Shown: one piece after another, positions 9,276 through 18,523 of the stretch | Numbering within the stretch: the first letter of the stretch is position 1 | Layout of the letters: each line of letters starts with the position of its first letter | Source of the DNA: Cyanobacteria bacterium P01_A01_bin.123 | GTDB taxonomy: Bacteria > Cyanobacteriota > Cyanobacteriia > Phormidesmidales > Phormidesmidaceae | Reading direction: 5' to 3' | Length of the DNA: 53,433 nt | NCBI GenBank assembly: GCA_039815185.1 | Contig: JBCBZT010000051.1 | Location: forward strand, 1 to 53,433 | Notes under the pieces: model-generated | Told to the model about the DNA's origin: nothing | Database searches by the model: none | The model's input: the letters and a program-made list of their open reading frames with translations, nothing else | Program-made: the position numbers and the translations under genes

Positions 9276-11417
9276 TTACTTAGGTGGACAGGCAATTGTT
9301 GGCACCTGACCTTTCCAGCGTTGCCGTAGGATGTCGCCGTTTGGGTATTGTCGATGAGTTCTTAATCGTTCCAGTTCAGCCTCATCTGCCCAAATAATCC
9401 AGTGTTTAGGCGGTTCAGGCTGCTGTCTTGCCTTCACCCACCCGCGCTGAACCCAATCGTAGAGAGTGATGGCAGGCATTTCTAGCGCTGCGGCTAGTTC
9501 GGGCAACCACCACTCTGGCTTCGGCAGCGGGTCTCTGCCCTGCGAGCCCGAGCGAGGGGCAAAACCGAGATGACGGATCAATGCTCGCACCATTTCGCGG
9601 TTGAATGTTTGACGCCGCTTCGGGGGACGAAAGCCCTCTTTATGCAAACAATCAATGATTTCATTAGTTGTCAGATTCGCCTGTGTCAGCTGCTCAAGAC
9701 GCTGACACAGCTGAGGGTAGTAACTCAGTTGTGTCCATTTGGCGACAGGACGAGTGATGAGCGCAGGGCGCTGGTATCCCCCTGCCCACTCAATGCTGAC
9801 TTGAACCCGTTCGCTCTCTCCCTCGACGGTCACTGTGACGCTGTCAATAATTTGCCGAAGTACCTCTTTTCGCTGGGCGTTAGTTGTTGTTGTCGCAGAC
9901 CATAACGTCGGCAGACTTTCAGCCAATTGCAGAATTTGTTGTTTTTCCTCAAACGAGAGCTGCTTCGGTTGCTGCTGAGAGAATCGGTCGTATTTTTCCT
10001 GCAGAGTCTGATGGGCCTGTAGCTTGGCTTCCCAATCTTGAGCTAGTTGCCTTGCCACTAGCCGATTTTCAGGCTCAACAAGCTCGTAGTGCCGCCGGGC
10101 TCTATCGGCGTTAAATTGAGCGCGCTCTAGCCGTTGCTGCCAGAGCTTATCGAGTTCTGAGCGCTCTCGCTCAAGATGGTCCGCTGCCGCCAACGAAAGC
10201 TCAAGCGCGGCAGGTTCTAGGGCAAAAAGCACTTGCTCAACCACATATTCGTCCAGGCAAGCTCCCGATAAGCATTGGCAAAGCTTTCCGCCATAATCTG
10301 CCATCTCGCGACTACAGGTATAGCGATAACGTCCCCCACGCCTATTGTATTGAACCGTCATACGACACCCGCATCGACCGCAGACCAATAGACTGCTCAA
10401 TAGGCTATCTCCCTGTCGGGCACAGCCAAGCTCATCGGCCCGGTTCTGGTTGGCTTTCAGTTGAGCTAAGTTGAGCTGATATTGCTCCCAGGAAATATAG
10501 GCTGGATGATGATCTTTGATAAGCACCAACCATTCCTGGGGCGGTTTGACCACATGGCCAGTGCGAGGACGACCCGCTCTCTTTTTGCGTGGGTCGACTT
10601 GCTTGCGTCCATAGGCGTAGGCTCCGGCATAAGCTGGATTTTTTAGGAGATTCTGCATGGTGGCTCGGTTAGGCCGTCGCCATTCCAAGTCCCCTTTGTT
10701 AAGACCAGACAGCACCCGTACTCCCACTTGAATCTCATGCTTCACCAAGTAGCGCAGCATCCCATTGAGCGTCCCAAACTCCTGAAATTTTCGAAAGATG
10801 AGCCTCACTACCTGCTGCACCTGCTCATCAGGGTCCAATTGCACTTCCCCCGACGGTCGGCGAATATAGCCAGTGGGCACGTTGAAGCCCAACTCTCCCC
10901 GAGCGGCTTTGGTCCGTTTCCCCTGCATCATGCGTTGTTTGAGAACATGCAGTTCGGCTTCGCTCATGGTGCCTTTTAAGCCCAGCAGCAATCGGTCGTT
11001 ATACTGGCTGGGGTCATAGATGCCGTCAAGATCCGCTATCAGCGTACCGAACAGGGAACAGATTTCTAGCAGTTGATACCAGTCCTTTGATGAGCGGGCC
11101 AGGCGCGACATCTCCACTCCTAGAATCAGACCGACATGATTCAGCCCCACTTCGCTCACTAGGCGTTGAAAGCCGGAACGCCCTTTGGCGCTGCTCCCTG
11201 ATTTCCCTAGATCTTCGTCAATTACGAGTATTCGCTCTGTGTGCCATCCTAGCGCTTCAGCCCGTCCCACTAGCCCATATTGCAGGCGTGTCGATTCGCG
11301 ATGGTCAACCACTTGCTGCAGCGTTGACTGGCGAACGTAAACGACGGCTAGCCGCTCTAGATGGTGAGCTTGTATTTTGCCTGCATGCCATAGCCCTTGG
11401 TCAGCTGCAAGATTCAT
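9276..11417 (-). CDS. Large serine recombinase (resolvase, recombinase and Zn-ribbon domains), about 713 aa
   Basis: AGGAGG RBS before ATG 11417; catalytic YVRQS, DEDLGKSG, SRLAR, LKGTMSEAE; Zn ribbon CGRCG...YTC; coiled coil. Confidence 0.93.
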   Translation of the reverse strand: MNLAADQGLWHAGKIQAHHLERLAVVYVRQSTLQQVVDHRESTRLQYGLVGRAEALGWHTERILVIDEDLGKSGSSAKGRSGFQRLVSEVGLNHVGLILGVEMSRLARSSKDWYQLLEICSLFGTLIADLDGIYDPSQYNDRLLLGLKGTMSEAELHVLKQRMMQGKRTKAARGELGFNVPTGYIRRPSGEVQLDPDEQVQQVVRLIFRKFQEFGTLNGMLRYLVKHEIQVGVRVLSGLNKGDLEWRRPNRATMQNLLKNPAYAGAYAYGRKQVDPRKKRAGRPRTGHVVKPPQEWLVLIKDHHPAYISWEQYQLNLAQLKANQNRADELGCARQGDSLLSSLLVCGRCGCRMTVQYNRRGGRYRYTCSREMADYGGKLCQCLSGACLDEYVVEQVLFALEPAALELSLAAADHLERERSELDKLWQQRLERAQFNADRARRHYELVEPENRLVARQLAQDWEAKLQAHQTLQEKYDRFSQQQPKQLSFEEKQQILQLAESLPTLWSATTTTNAQRKEVLRQIIDSVTVTVEGESERVQVSIEWAGGYQRPALITRPVAKWTQLSYYPQLCQRLEQLTQANLTTNEIIDCLHKEGFRPPKRRQTFNREMVRALIRHLGFAPRSGSQGRDPLPKPEWWLPELAAALEMPAITLYDWVQRGWVKARQQPEPPKHWIIWADEAELERLRTHRQYPNGDILRQRWKGQVPTIACPPK

Positions 11418-11567
11418 CAGTCTCCTCCTGCGCTGATTGAGCAACCAGATGCTGCTCCAACATCTGGCTGATAACACTGATCAGTCGTTGTCGTTTCCGT
11501 TGCGGCAGGTACTGCCACAGGCCCTCTATTGGGTAGGCAAACGGGGGGGCTCAGGTCGCTCGGGCAT
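11401..11567 (-). pseudogene. Small accessory ORF upstream of the recombinase, frameshifted in a G7/C7 run
   Basis: GAGGAAG-preceded ATG 11567; one extra C at 11543-11549 gives MPERPEPPPFAYPIEGLWQYLPQRKRQRLISVISQMLEQHLVAQSAQEETDESCS*, overlapping the recombinase start. Confidence 0.5.
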
Positions 11568-11885
11568 GGTAGGGCTTCCTCTTCAGACGGTTGACTTGCC
11601 TTAATTTTGGTGACAGTTGCAGCCAATCTTTGCAGACCGGCAAGGCTAATCGTTCGATGTGGAAGTGGTGACGTGTTTATGGGGGCATTATGGCTGGCGC
11701 ATTGAGACGCTCTTTGGCATTTTCAAAACCCGTGGCTTTTGTCTAGAAGCGACTCACTTTCCTGAAGCAAATCGCCTACGCAAGCTTTTTGGACTGCTGA
11801 CGTTAGCGCTCTGTTGGGCAATGAAAATGGGACTATGGCTACATCAGAGGCAGTCTATTGCTATCAAGAAACATGGACGCAGAGC

Positions 11886-12942
11886 GGCGTTGTTGCATAA
11901 AAAGGCGGACGGACTGACGTGGTAGGGTTTAATCGCCAAACCAAACCCTGCCTATGAAACGTCAATATCGCGTCCGCAACTGGTCTGAGTATACCGCTGG
12001 CCTCAAGCAGCGAGGAAGTCTTATCTTTTGGGTCACCGATGAGGTGCTGGAGCACTGGCTAATTCAAGACAAAACTGGCCATCGAGGGGCCTCCCCCACT
12101 TATAGCGACCTAGCGATTGCCACAGTCGCTACCCTCAAGAGCCTCTTTCAGCTCGCCGGTCGCCAAGCTCAAGGCTTGACCCAATCGCTCTTTAAGTTGA
12201 TGCAGATCAACCTGCCAGTGCCTGACCACAGTACGGTGTCGCGCCGCTTAGGGACTTTGAGCGTGTCGATGCCAGTGCAACAGCGTACTGGCCCCCGCCA
12301 TGTGGTGGTGGATTCGACTGGCATCAAGGTTTATGGGGAAGGCGAATGGAAAACACGACAGCATGGGGTGAGCAAACGTCGCACCTGGCGCAAGCTGCAT
12401 CTGGGTGTCGATGAAGCCACCGGAGAGATCCTGATAGCGGAAGTGAGTACCAACGACTATCGCGACAGCGAAATCTTAGCCAGTTTGCTGGACGGTGTCC
12501 GTGATGAAGTTTCCCAAGTCTCTGGCGATGGGGCTTACGATACCTTTGAGTGCCATGACGTGATTGCCCAGCGGGGGGCTGTGGCGACAATCCCTCCCCG
12601 TCGAGATGCTCAACGGTCTCAGCCGAACGAGACAACGCCCACTCATCCCCGCGACCAAATCTTGCAGCGGATTGAGCAAGTGGGCCGTCAACGATGGAAG
12701 CAAGAGAGCCGATATCATCGCCGCTCACTGGCTGAGACCATGATGTTTCGAGTCAAAGTCACTTTTGGCGGACGGGTGCGTTCGCGCATCTTTGACAATC
12801 AAGCAGTCGAACTCTTCTTGCAATGCGCGGTGCTCAATCGCATGATTCAAGTGGCCAAGCCCGATAGCTATGTCATTGAGAGTTAGTTGAAGGCGATAGT
12901 CAGACGAATTGATGACGTTCGGATCATTCATGCAACAACGCC
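11886..12942 (+). mobile_element. IS5-family (IS903-like) insertion sequence
   Basis: IRs GGCGTTGTTGCAT / ATGCAACAACGCC; the flanks do not form a TSD. Confidence 0.9.
11954..12886 (+). CDS. IS5-family (IS903 group) transposase, apparently intact
   Basis: YRVRNWSEY..GLKQRGSL, VVVDSTG, WRKLHLGVD, GDGAYD, YHRRSLAETMMFRVK. Confidence 0.93.
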   Translation: MKRQYRVRNWSEYTAGLKQRGSLIFWVTDEVLEHWLIQDKTGHRGASPTYSDLAIATVATLKSLFQLAGRQAQGLTQSLFKLMQINLPVPDHSTVSRRLGTLSVSMPVQQRTGPRHVVVDSTGIKVYGEGEWKTRQHGVSKRRTWRKLHLGVDEATGEILIAEVSTNDYRDSEILASLLDGVRDEVSQVSGDGAYDTFECHDVIAQRGAVATIPPRRDAQRSQPNETTPTHPRDQILQRIEQVGRQRWKQESRYHRRSLAETMMFRVKVTFGGRVRSRIFDNQAVELFLQCAVLNRMIQVAKPDSYVIES

Positions 12943-13063
12943 ATGTATCCTTACAGGTTTAGGACTGCCAGGAAGTGCTAGTATAATGTATCTGATAATT
13001 AACGATTTAGGGAACTTCTTCCTTGGAGCCCAACAAAACTATTAAGTTAGCAAGCAGTATAAG

Positions 13064-14065
13064 TTGATGAATGATTTGGGCTCGGAGACTCAGGTAAAAG
13101 TTAGCTTTGATTATCAATCTTTAGATATTGATAGTCGAATTCTTGTTCATGAAAGCGCTAAGGCTATTAAAGTATGTTTGCGCCGAGTTGCAAGAGATAT
13201 CTGGAAAATTGGTCAGCAGTTGGTTAACGTACGTTCATGTCTTCAGTACGGTCAGTTCGTCGCTTGGTTAAAGGCTGAGTTTGATTGGACTCCACGTACA
13301 GCGTACAATTTTATCAATGTTTATGAGACTTTTCGTGACTTTGAAAGTTTCTCCAAGATTGATGCAGCAGCCTCTGCTTTATATTTGTTAGCAGCTCCAT
13401 CGACTTCAAAAAATGTCCGAGATGCATTTTTAAAGCAAGCTTTATCTGGTGAAAAGATAACTCATAAGAATGTTCAAAAGGCAATTAAAGATTCAAAAGA
13501 AAAGGGCGATTTAATAATAAATAAAAATGTTTCTAATCCTGCTCAAAGCGAATTGCTGCAACCACCTAAGCAGAAAATCGAAATAATTAGCTTAATACCA
13601 ACCGCTGAGCTGATTAAAGAGGCTAAAGCTCAGAAACAACTCTCCACTGCTTCCACAAACATATCCACTAGTGATAAATCTGGTTGGTATCTTATACAAA
13701 CGCAGCATTATTTGTTTTGTGGTGATACAGCCTCATCAGATTTCTATGAGAACATACCACCAGCTTCACTTGCTTTGGCCATTACTTCTGATGACTGGGA
13801 TCACGACTGGTTAATTGAGCAGGCAAGCAACATCTTTATACTTGAAGAAGCCGCTGTGAATGAGAAGACCCTAGAGCAATTGCTTTTGATGTTCTCTAAG
13901 CCTGGCGAAGTGGTAGTGTTTCCTTATTTACCTATGAAAGAACTCCTAGTTATTGGCCATAGACTCAAAAGAAAACTTTATTTGGGCGACTCCAATCCTG
14001 AACGTTGTACTAAATTAATAGAGTTTGCGGAATTGGAAGTTCAAAAGCTTAGTCGGCGTTGCTAA
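13064..14065 (+). CDS. DUF3102-domain protein with a degenerate DNA-methyltransferase-like C-terminus
   Basis: FDYQSLD..IWKIGQQLVNVRSCLQYGQFVAWLKAEFDWTPRTAYNFINVYE..SALYLLAAPST; C-terminal HYLFCGD and FSKPGEVV..HRLKRKLYLGD. Confidence 0.7.
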   Translation: MMNDLGSETQVKVSFDYQSLDIDSRILVHESAKAIKVCLRRVARDIWKIGQQLVNVRSCLQYGQFVAWLKAEFDWTPRTAYNFINVYETFRDFESFSKIDAAASALYLLAAPSTSKNVRDAFLKQALSGEKITHKNVQKAIKDSKEKGDLIINKNVSNPAQSELLQPPKQKIEIISLIPTAELIKEAKAQKQLSTASTNISTSDKSGWYLIQTQHYLFCGDTASSDFYENIPPASLALAITSDDWDHDWLIEQASNIFILEEAAVNEKTLEQLLLMFSKPGEVVVFPYLPMKELLVIGHRLKRKLYLGDSNPERCTKLIEFAELEVQKLSRRC

Positions 14066-14535
14066 ATTAAGGTACGAATCTTGGAGGAACTGGGACATCT
14101 TTGAATTTGAGGTAGTGAAGTAACAGTTGAACCGAGTAAGTCAGCATTTTTACGGACTTGGAATAGCAAAGGGTTTTGCGATGTAGTCGACCCAAATATT
14201 GACGTAATCGAGCATTCTCTCATTACACCTAAGTCATGTAAGTTTTGCTGACAATTTGATTGGCCTTCGGAATAAAGCTGAAATACACCGTCCACCCATC
14301 AGTGAAATAGAAATAGCGCTGCCAGCCTACAATCAACCTCCAAAGTGGCCGTTCAGCATTATGGTTATCCAGTACCCAGTCTAACATTCCCTTTTCGAGG
14401 GCTGTACACAGCCAAATCTTGCTTAGTTCTCTAGCGCCGTGCAATGGTGCGGGTCACACTGCTAAACGTTGTTTCCAATTCGTCGAGTTTTCTCGTCTCT
14501 GGCGTCGTTTCAGAGTTGCCGGACACTGCATTGCA
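14055..14535 (-). pseudogene. Degraded IS1-family element
   Basis: TDGWTVY..IVSKTYMT*..ENARLRQYLGRLHRKTLCYSKS with stops; IS1-like end GGCGTTGCTAAA at 14055; homologous to the remnant at 20490-21984. Confidence 0.8.
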
Positions 14536-14554
14536 GGTTACTCTAACCCATCTT

Positions 14555-15307
14555 TTAATTGTGCAACGACAAGGTTTGCTCTAGGGACTGCAACAGAAGT
14601 GATTGCGCAGTATGAATGAAAAAGTGATCACCCAGAAACATCTGCATTGAAAAAGCGGCAGTTGTTTGTTTTTGCCAAGCTTCCAACATTTTATAATCAA
14701 CTTCTGGGTCTTGTAAGCCACCAAAAACAGTTATAGGGCAATTTAACGGCAACTCTGGCTGATAGATGTAGGTTTCAAGGACTGCAAAGTCTGCTCTAAG
14801 GGCTGGTAAGACCAGTTGCATTAACTCTCTATTAGCAAGCACTTCCTCCGGCGTTCCATTCAGACGACGCAATTCCTCTATAAAATCAGCATCAGGCAAG
14901 GCATAAATAGGAGGACTTGAATCGGATATTTGAGGGGCGCGGCGACCAGAAACAAACAGATGAACCGGACCACGACCATGGAGCCGACGGAGGAAACGTG
15001 CTACTTCAAAGCTAGTCAATCCGCCCATACTGTGGCCAAAAAAAGCGAAGGGCTTATTGATATAAGGAAGGATAGACTGTGCAATCCCTTCAACCAAGAG
15101 GACTAGCTGAGTAAAGGGAGGTTCATTTAGTAGCATTCCTCTTCCAGGGAGCTCAATAAGGCAAACTTCCACCGTAGAAGGCAACTCCCCAGGCCAGTTA
15201 CGAAAGCTCAAAGCGCCACCACCAGCATAGGGAAAGCAAAACAGGCGTAGACTGGCCTGAGGATTAGGTTTGGGGCAGATTACCCAAGACTTGGAAGAAA
15301 TACGCAT
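14555..15307 (-). CDS. Type II thioesterase (GrsT/TEII)
   Basis: LFCFPYAGG, LPGRG, GHSMG nucleophile, LRADF, GDHFF. Confidence 0.95.
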   Translation of the reverse strand: MRISSKSWVICPKPNPQASLRLFCFPYAGGGALSFRNWPGELPSTVEVCLIELPGRGMLLNEPPFTQLVLLVEGIAQSILPYINKPFAFFGHSMGGLTSFEVARFLRRLHGRGPVHLFVSGRRAPQISDSSPPIYALPDADFIEELRRLNGTPEEVLANRELMQLVLPALRADFAVLETYIYQPELPLNCPITVFGGLQDPEVDYKMLEAWQKQTTAAFSMQMFLGDHFFIHTAQSLLLQSLEQTLSLHN

Positions 15308-15461
15308 TGTGAATTGTCTACCCGACCGACTATGTTAGAGGCTCCAGTCATTTATTACCAGGCTTTGAGTCATGAATTTTTGCGATAAACCGTTTTCAAC
15401 TAAGAAGCTGAAGTACTTTAGAATTGCAGAATACTGGTTTTGAAAACGGATTCATTCAGCT

Positions 15462-15689
15462 CTAATTTTGACTACTGGCAGCCTCTTCCATTTTCTTTCG
15501 AAGGCTTAGAGGGCGCATATCGATCCAAACTTCTTTGACATATTCCAGACATTCGGGCTTGAGACCAGTCTTACCTGTGTCATGCCAGCCGAGTGGATTC
15601 TCACGATGCGCGGGCCAGATAGAGTATTGCTCCTCATGATTAATCACAACTTTATAAACTGTGCCCTCTTCTTTGTCTTCTTGAATCAT
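15462..15689 (-). CDS. mbtH: MbtH-like protein
   Basis: [13 protein letters not shown]...PLGW...[26 protein letters not shown] before ATG 15689. Confidence 0.95.
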   Translation of the reverse strand: MIQEDKEEGTVYKVVINHEEQYSIWPAHRENPLGWHDTGKTGLKPECLEYVKEVWIDMRPLSLRKKMEEAASSQN

Positions 15690-15793
15690 GATCAATTCTC
15701 CGGTTAATATCCCAATGGTAATAAACAGGTGTGAAAGTTGCAGGATATGGTAGTATTATTTTTCGGACTGTAACTAATATGGCAACATAAACT

Positions 15794-16146
15794 TTACGTG
15801 GCTAGGGTATCGGCAGGAGGCAATTCTGCAAGCTGTTCGAGGTGTCCTTTACCCTCTAGGGTTGTTAGGTCAATATCAGCCACGCATTGTACCTTAACGT
15901 AGTTTAGGATCGGCTCACTAACAAGGTGAACCATGCCGCTCTGTTACTCAAAGTCAGCCTCACTCAGATCGCACGCTTCGCGATCAAGACTGACGCCTAA
16001 TTCAGAACCACCTTGGGTATTGGTAAACTTGATATGGACGTATCCTAAATCTATCTGCTCCTTAAAAAGCGCAACTTTTTTTCCGGATGCAGGCTGGCTT
16101 CAACAGAATGCTCTCCCTGTGATAAGCGTTGAACCAGTTCATTCAC
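15794..16146 (-). pseudogene. Pseudogene of an uncharacterised MbtH-associated protein
   Basis: GTG 16146 after GAGGG: MNELVQRLSQGEHSVEASLHPEK, frameshift in an A-run near 16080, then VALFKEQIDLGYVHIKFTNTQGGSELGVSLD..ADFE* (15944-15946) ..YVKVQCVADIDLTTLEGKGHL. Confidence 0.7.
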
Positions 16147-16216
16147 AATAATTTCCCTCAATGGTTTGAAGTGTGTCAAAAACTTTGAATTAGATTGGCT
16201 AATTCTTAAAGATAAA

Positions 16217-16567
16217 CTACTGGTGATTATCTGAGCTGATTGAACTACTAGTCTCAGCAGGCTCACTGAGCTTCACAGGCTCGTAAACTGGAACCTCAAA
16301 TTCCAAAACACTCCGACAGAAGTCTTTCCAATCAGGAGTAACATCATCAAAAATAACATTTTTGTCTAAAAAAATACCATCAGTGACAACGTAGTTTTCC
16401 TGGAGGTAAAGGAAATCATTCTCTGCAAGTTGCCGAGCAACTTCGACTTCTACACCATCGATCTCGTTCTTTTTCTTTCGTGCATTTTCACTACGCTCAG
16501 TCCACAGACTGAACTCACGCAATCGACTAATTTGATAGGCTTTACAGTATTTTCCCATTGATGACAT
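16217..16567 (-). CDS. Conserved hypothetical protein, NRPS-cluster associated
   Basis: 116 aa, GAGG RBS; MGKYCKAY..LREF..W..LYLQENYVVTDGIFLD..IFDDVTPDWKDFC..LEF; first gene of the run toward mbtH and TEII. Confidence 0.75.
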   Translation of the reverse strand: MSSMGKYCKAYQISRLREFSLWTERSENARKKKNEIDGVEVEVARQLAENDFLYLQENYVVTDGIFLDKNVIFDDVTPDWKDFCRSVLEFEVPVYEPVKLSEPAETSSSISSDNHQ

Positions 16568-17061
16568 TGGTACGCCTCTATAACTAAAAATTGCTGTGTT
16601 ACAAAAAATGTATTCTGGTTTTCAGAATCAGAAATTCTTCAAATGGCTAGCTAGATACATTAACAAAACCTAAGCCTAATAATCTAAGAATTGCACATGA
16701 TTTCCTCACTAGGTAAACCTAAAGAAAGTAACACCTGAGTAATCTTTACTCAACAATCAAACTTTCATCGACATCAGTTGCATAACTGAGCAAAGTTGAA
16801 TCGAGACTAGGTATCATAGACGCTCTGTTAAGAAGTGCAAAATGCTTATTGCTTATTAGTAGAAGCACGAGCAAATGTACAAGGTTTCCAGACACCCCTT
16901 GACAAACGCTCGTTGCTAATTACCTTTGCTTCCCAGGGCCTATATTACAACAGGACTTATATATATCGCAAGAGAGGTCTACTCAGGCTGGCCAGGGGAT
17001 ATTCACAGCGTTTGCTGCTCAAGATACGATTATCTTGGTATTGGATTGACTGAGAGCCTAC

Positions 17062-17080
17062 TTGCAAATTACTCTCAATA
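17062..17080. promoter_or_regulatory. Putative Fur-like box
   Basis: TTGCAAATTACTCTCAATA; shares the TCTCAAT half-site with the receptor box. Confidence 0.5.
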
Positions 17081-17116
17081 GCGAGACTATCTTTCCCTGG
17101 TTTACAATGGGAATTA

Positions 17117-18296
17117 GAGTGCATCCCAAATTTGCAGTGAGTGTTAATACTCAGCGTTGAGTTTCAAAATCAGCGCTACGCTTTGAGCAGTCGATAGCTA
17201 GGATAGCCAAAGCCGTGGATGCCACTAAAGAAGCTCGATTCAAAGCGCTAACTGAGGAGTTAGCCGCCCTGCTCTACTCAGAGACAGAGCCTGAGGCAGT
17301 CAAGACACTCGAAGTCATTGAATCGGCAATCCGGGGTCACCGGCTAGAGCGAGTCGGCCCAGACCTAGGCAGTTTTTTATTGCCACAAGTAGCGGCACAA
17401 CCAGTGGCCGAAAACGAGTCATCCAAAGCATTGTTGGACGATTGAGTATCAGCGACAAACAGGTTCAACGACTGGGGTTGCAGGCATACACTCTCTGGAG
17501 TCCATATTTAGAGAAGTGTTGTCTTTTGGTTAGTGCCAATGCGTCATACGAGAGAGCTGCCGAGGATGTGGCGGTGCTCACTGGTGTTCGCGTCTCAGGC
17601 AGCACTCAACAGCGGTTGGTGCATCGTCAGGCTTTGATACCAGAGTCAGTGGACTGGTGGCATCAAGGAAATGAGCATTGATGGGGGCAAAGTGCGGTTG
17701 CGCACGGCCAAGGGAGCGCCTAGTGAGTGGCGTGACTACAAAGCCGTCAACCTTCATCAGTGCGGGGTTAGCGCCTTCTTCAGGGACAATGAAGCCCTAG
17801 TGGGGTGAGTGAATCAGCAGCCGTTGGCCTCGCCATTAGTCTGCTTGGAGGATGGCCATAACGGCATCTGGAATCTATTTGAGCAGATTGAGCCCCCCTC
17901 AAAGCTAGCGATTTTGGACTGGTATCACTTGGTCGAAAATTTGGGCAAGGTTGGGGGTTCCCAGAAACGGCTTGATGCGGTTGAAGCCCGTCTCTGGCAT
18001 GGCGATGTTGAGGGAGCGCTCAAACGGTTCGATGACTGGCCGATGGGCGGGTCGAGCGATTTGTTGCCTATCTTGCCAAGCATCGTCATCGCATCGTCAA
18101 CTACAGCTACTACCAGGCTGAAGGGATTGCAATTGGCTTGGGCGAAGTTGAATCGTTGGTCAAGCAGATTGGCAGACGGCTCAAAATCTCCGGGGCTCAG
18201 TGGAACTCAGACAACGTGCAGCAGGTTCTCCTGCATCGCTGTGTTTATCTCAATGGCAAGTTCTCAACTTAGTATCTGCAAAACTGGGATGCACTC
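17117..18296 (+). mobile_element. ISKra4-family element (ISMich2-like) with degraded transposase
   Basis: IRs GAGTGCATCCCAAATTTGCAG / CTGCAAAACTGGGATGCACTC; 8-bp TSD GGGAATTA at 17109-17116 and 18297-18304; fragments SPYLEKCCLLVSAN, DGGKVRLR, ILDWYHLVENL broken by frameshifts and a stop. Confidence 0.9.
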
Positions 18297-18405
18297 GGGA
18301 ATTATGTATATCGCAAGAAGAGTCTGTTCAGGTTGCCTAGGTTCTTCTACAGCATTTTCCGCTCAAGATGTAATTATGCTGATATTGGATTGACCGAGAA
18401 TCTAC

Positions 18406-18424
18406 TTGCAAATGACTTTCAATA
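18406..18424. promoter_or_regulatory. Putative Fur-like box upstream of the TPR gene
   Basis: TTGCAAATGACTTTCAATA, counterpart of 17062-17080. Confidence 0.45.
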
Positions 18425-18523
18425 GGTCTACTATTTTTTCATGGCTGATTTGCAAGTTTGAATTAGGTGGTGGCTAGCGGGATCGAGATACTCACAAGAA
18501 AGTTGTAAATCTGAGGCTTTGGC

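Larger units (their letters stand above)
9155..11700 (-). mobile_element. TIR-bounded element encoding a large serine recombinase, with 8-bp target duplication ATTGAGAC
   Basis: Left end GCGCCAGCCTCAATACCCTCATA; reverse complement of right end GCGCCAGCCATAATGCCCCCATA; ATTGAGAC at 9147-9154 and 11701-11708. Confidence 0.88.
9119..11885 (+). pseudogene. IS4-family transposase C-terminal remnant split by the recombinase element (9119-9154 joined to 11709-11885)
   Basis: Removing the insert and one TSD restores VQDYALRWGIETLFGIFKTRGFCLE...IKKHGRRA, containing the IS4 Y-(2)-R-(3)-E-(6)-K signature. Confidence 0.85.
16945..18446. repeat. Old diverged tandem repeat (about 157-bp unit x2); second unit interrupted by the ISKra4 element
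   Basis: Unit 1 at 16945-17101; unit 2 at 17102-17116 plus 18305-18446; shared blocks TTACAA, TATATCGCAAGA, GCTCAAGAT, TATTGGATTGAC, CTACTTGCAAAT.ACT.TCAATAG. Confidence 0.8.

Noticed and set aside
16835..17053. 72-aa ORF with a TPR-like YYNR word
   Set aside because: Similarity is too weak, and the frame is not preserved in the second repeat unit.
17809..18393. 194-aa ORF
   Set aside because: Chimera of a frameshifted ISKra4 transposase segment and read-through past the IS end.
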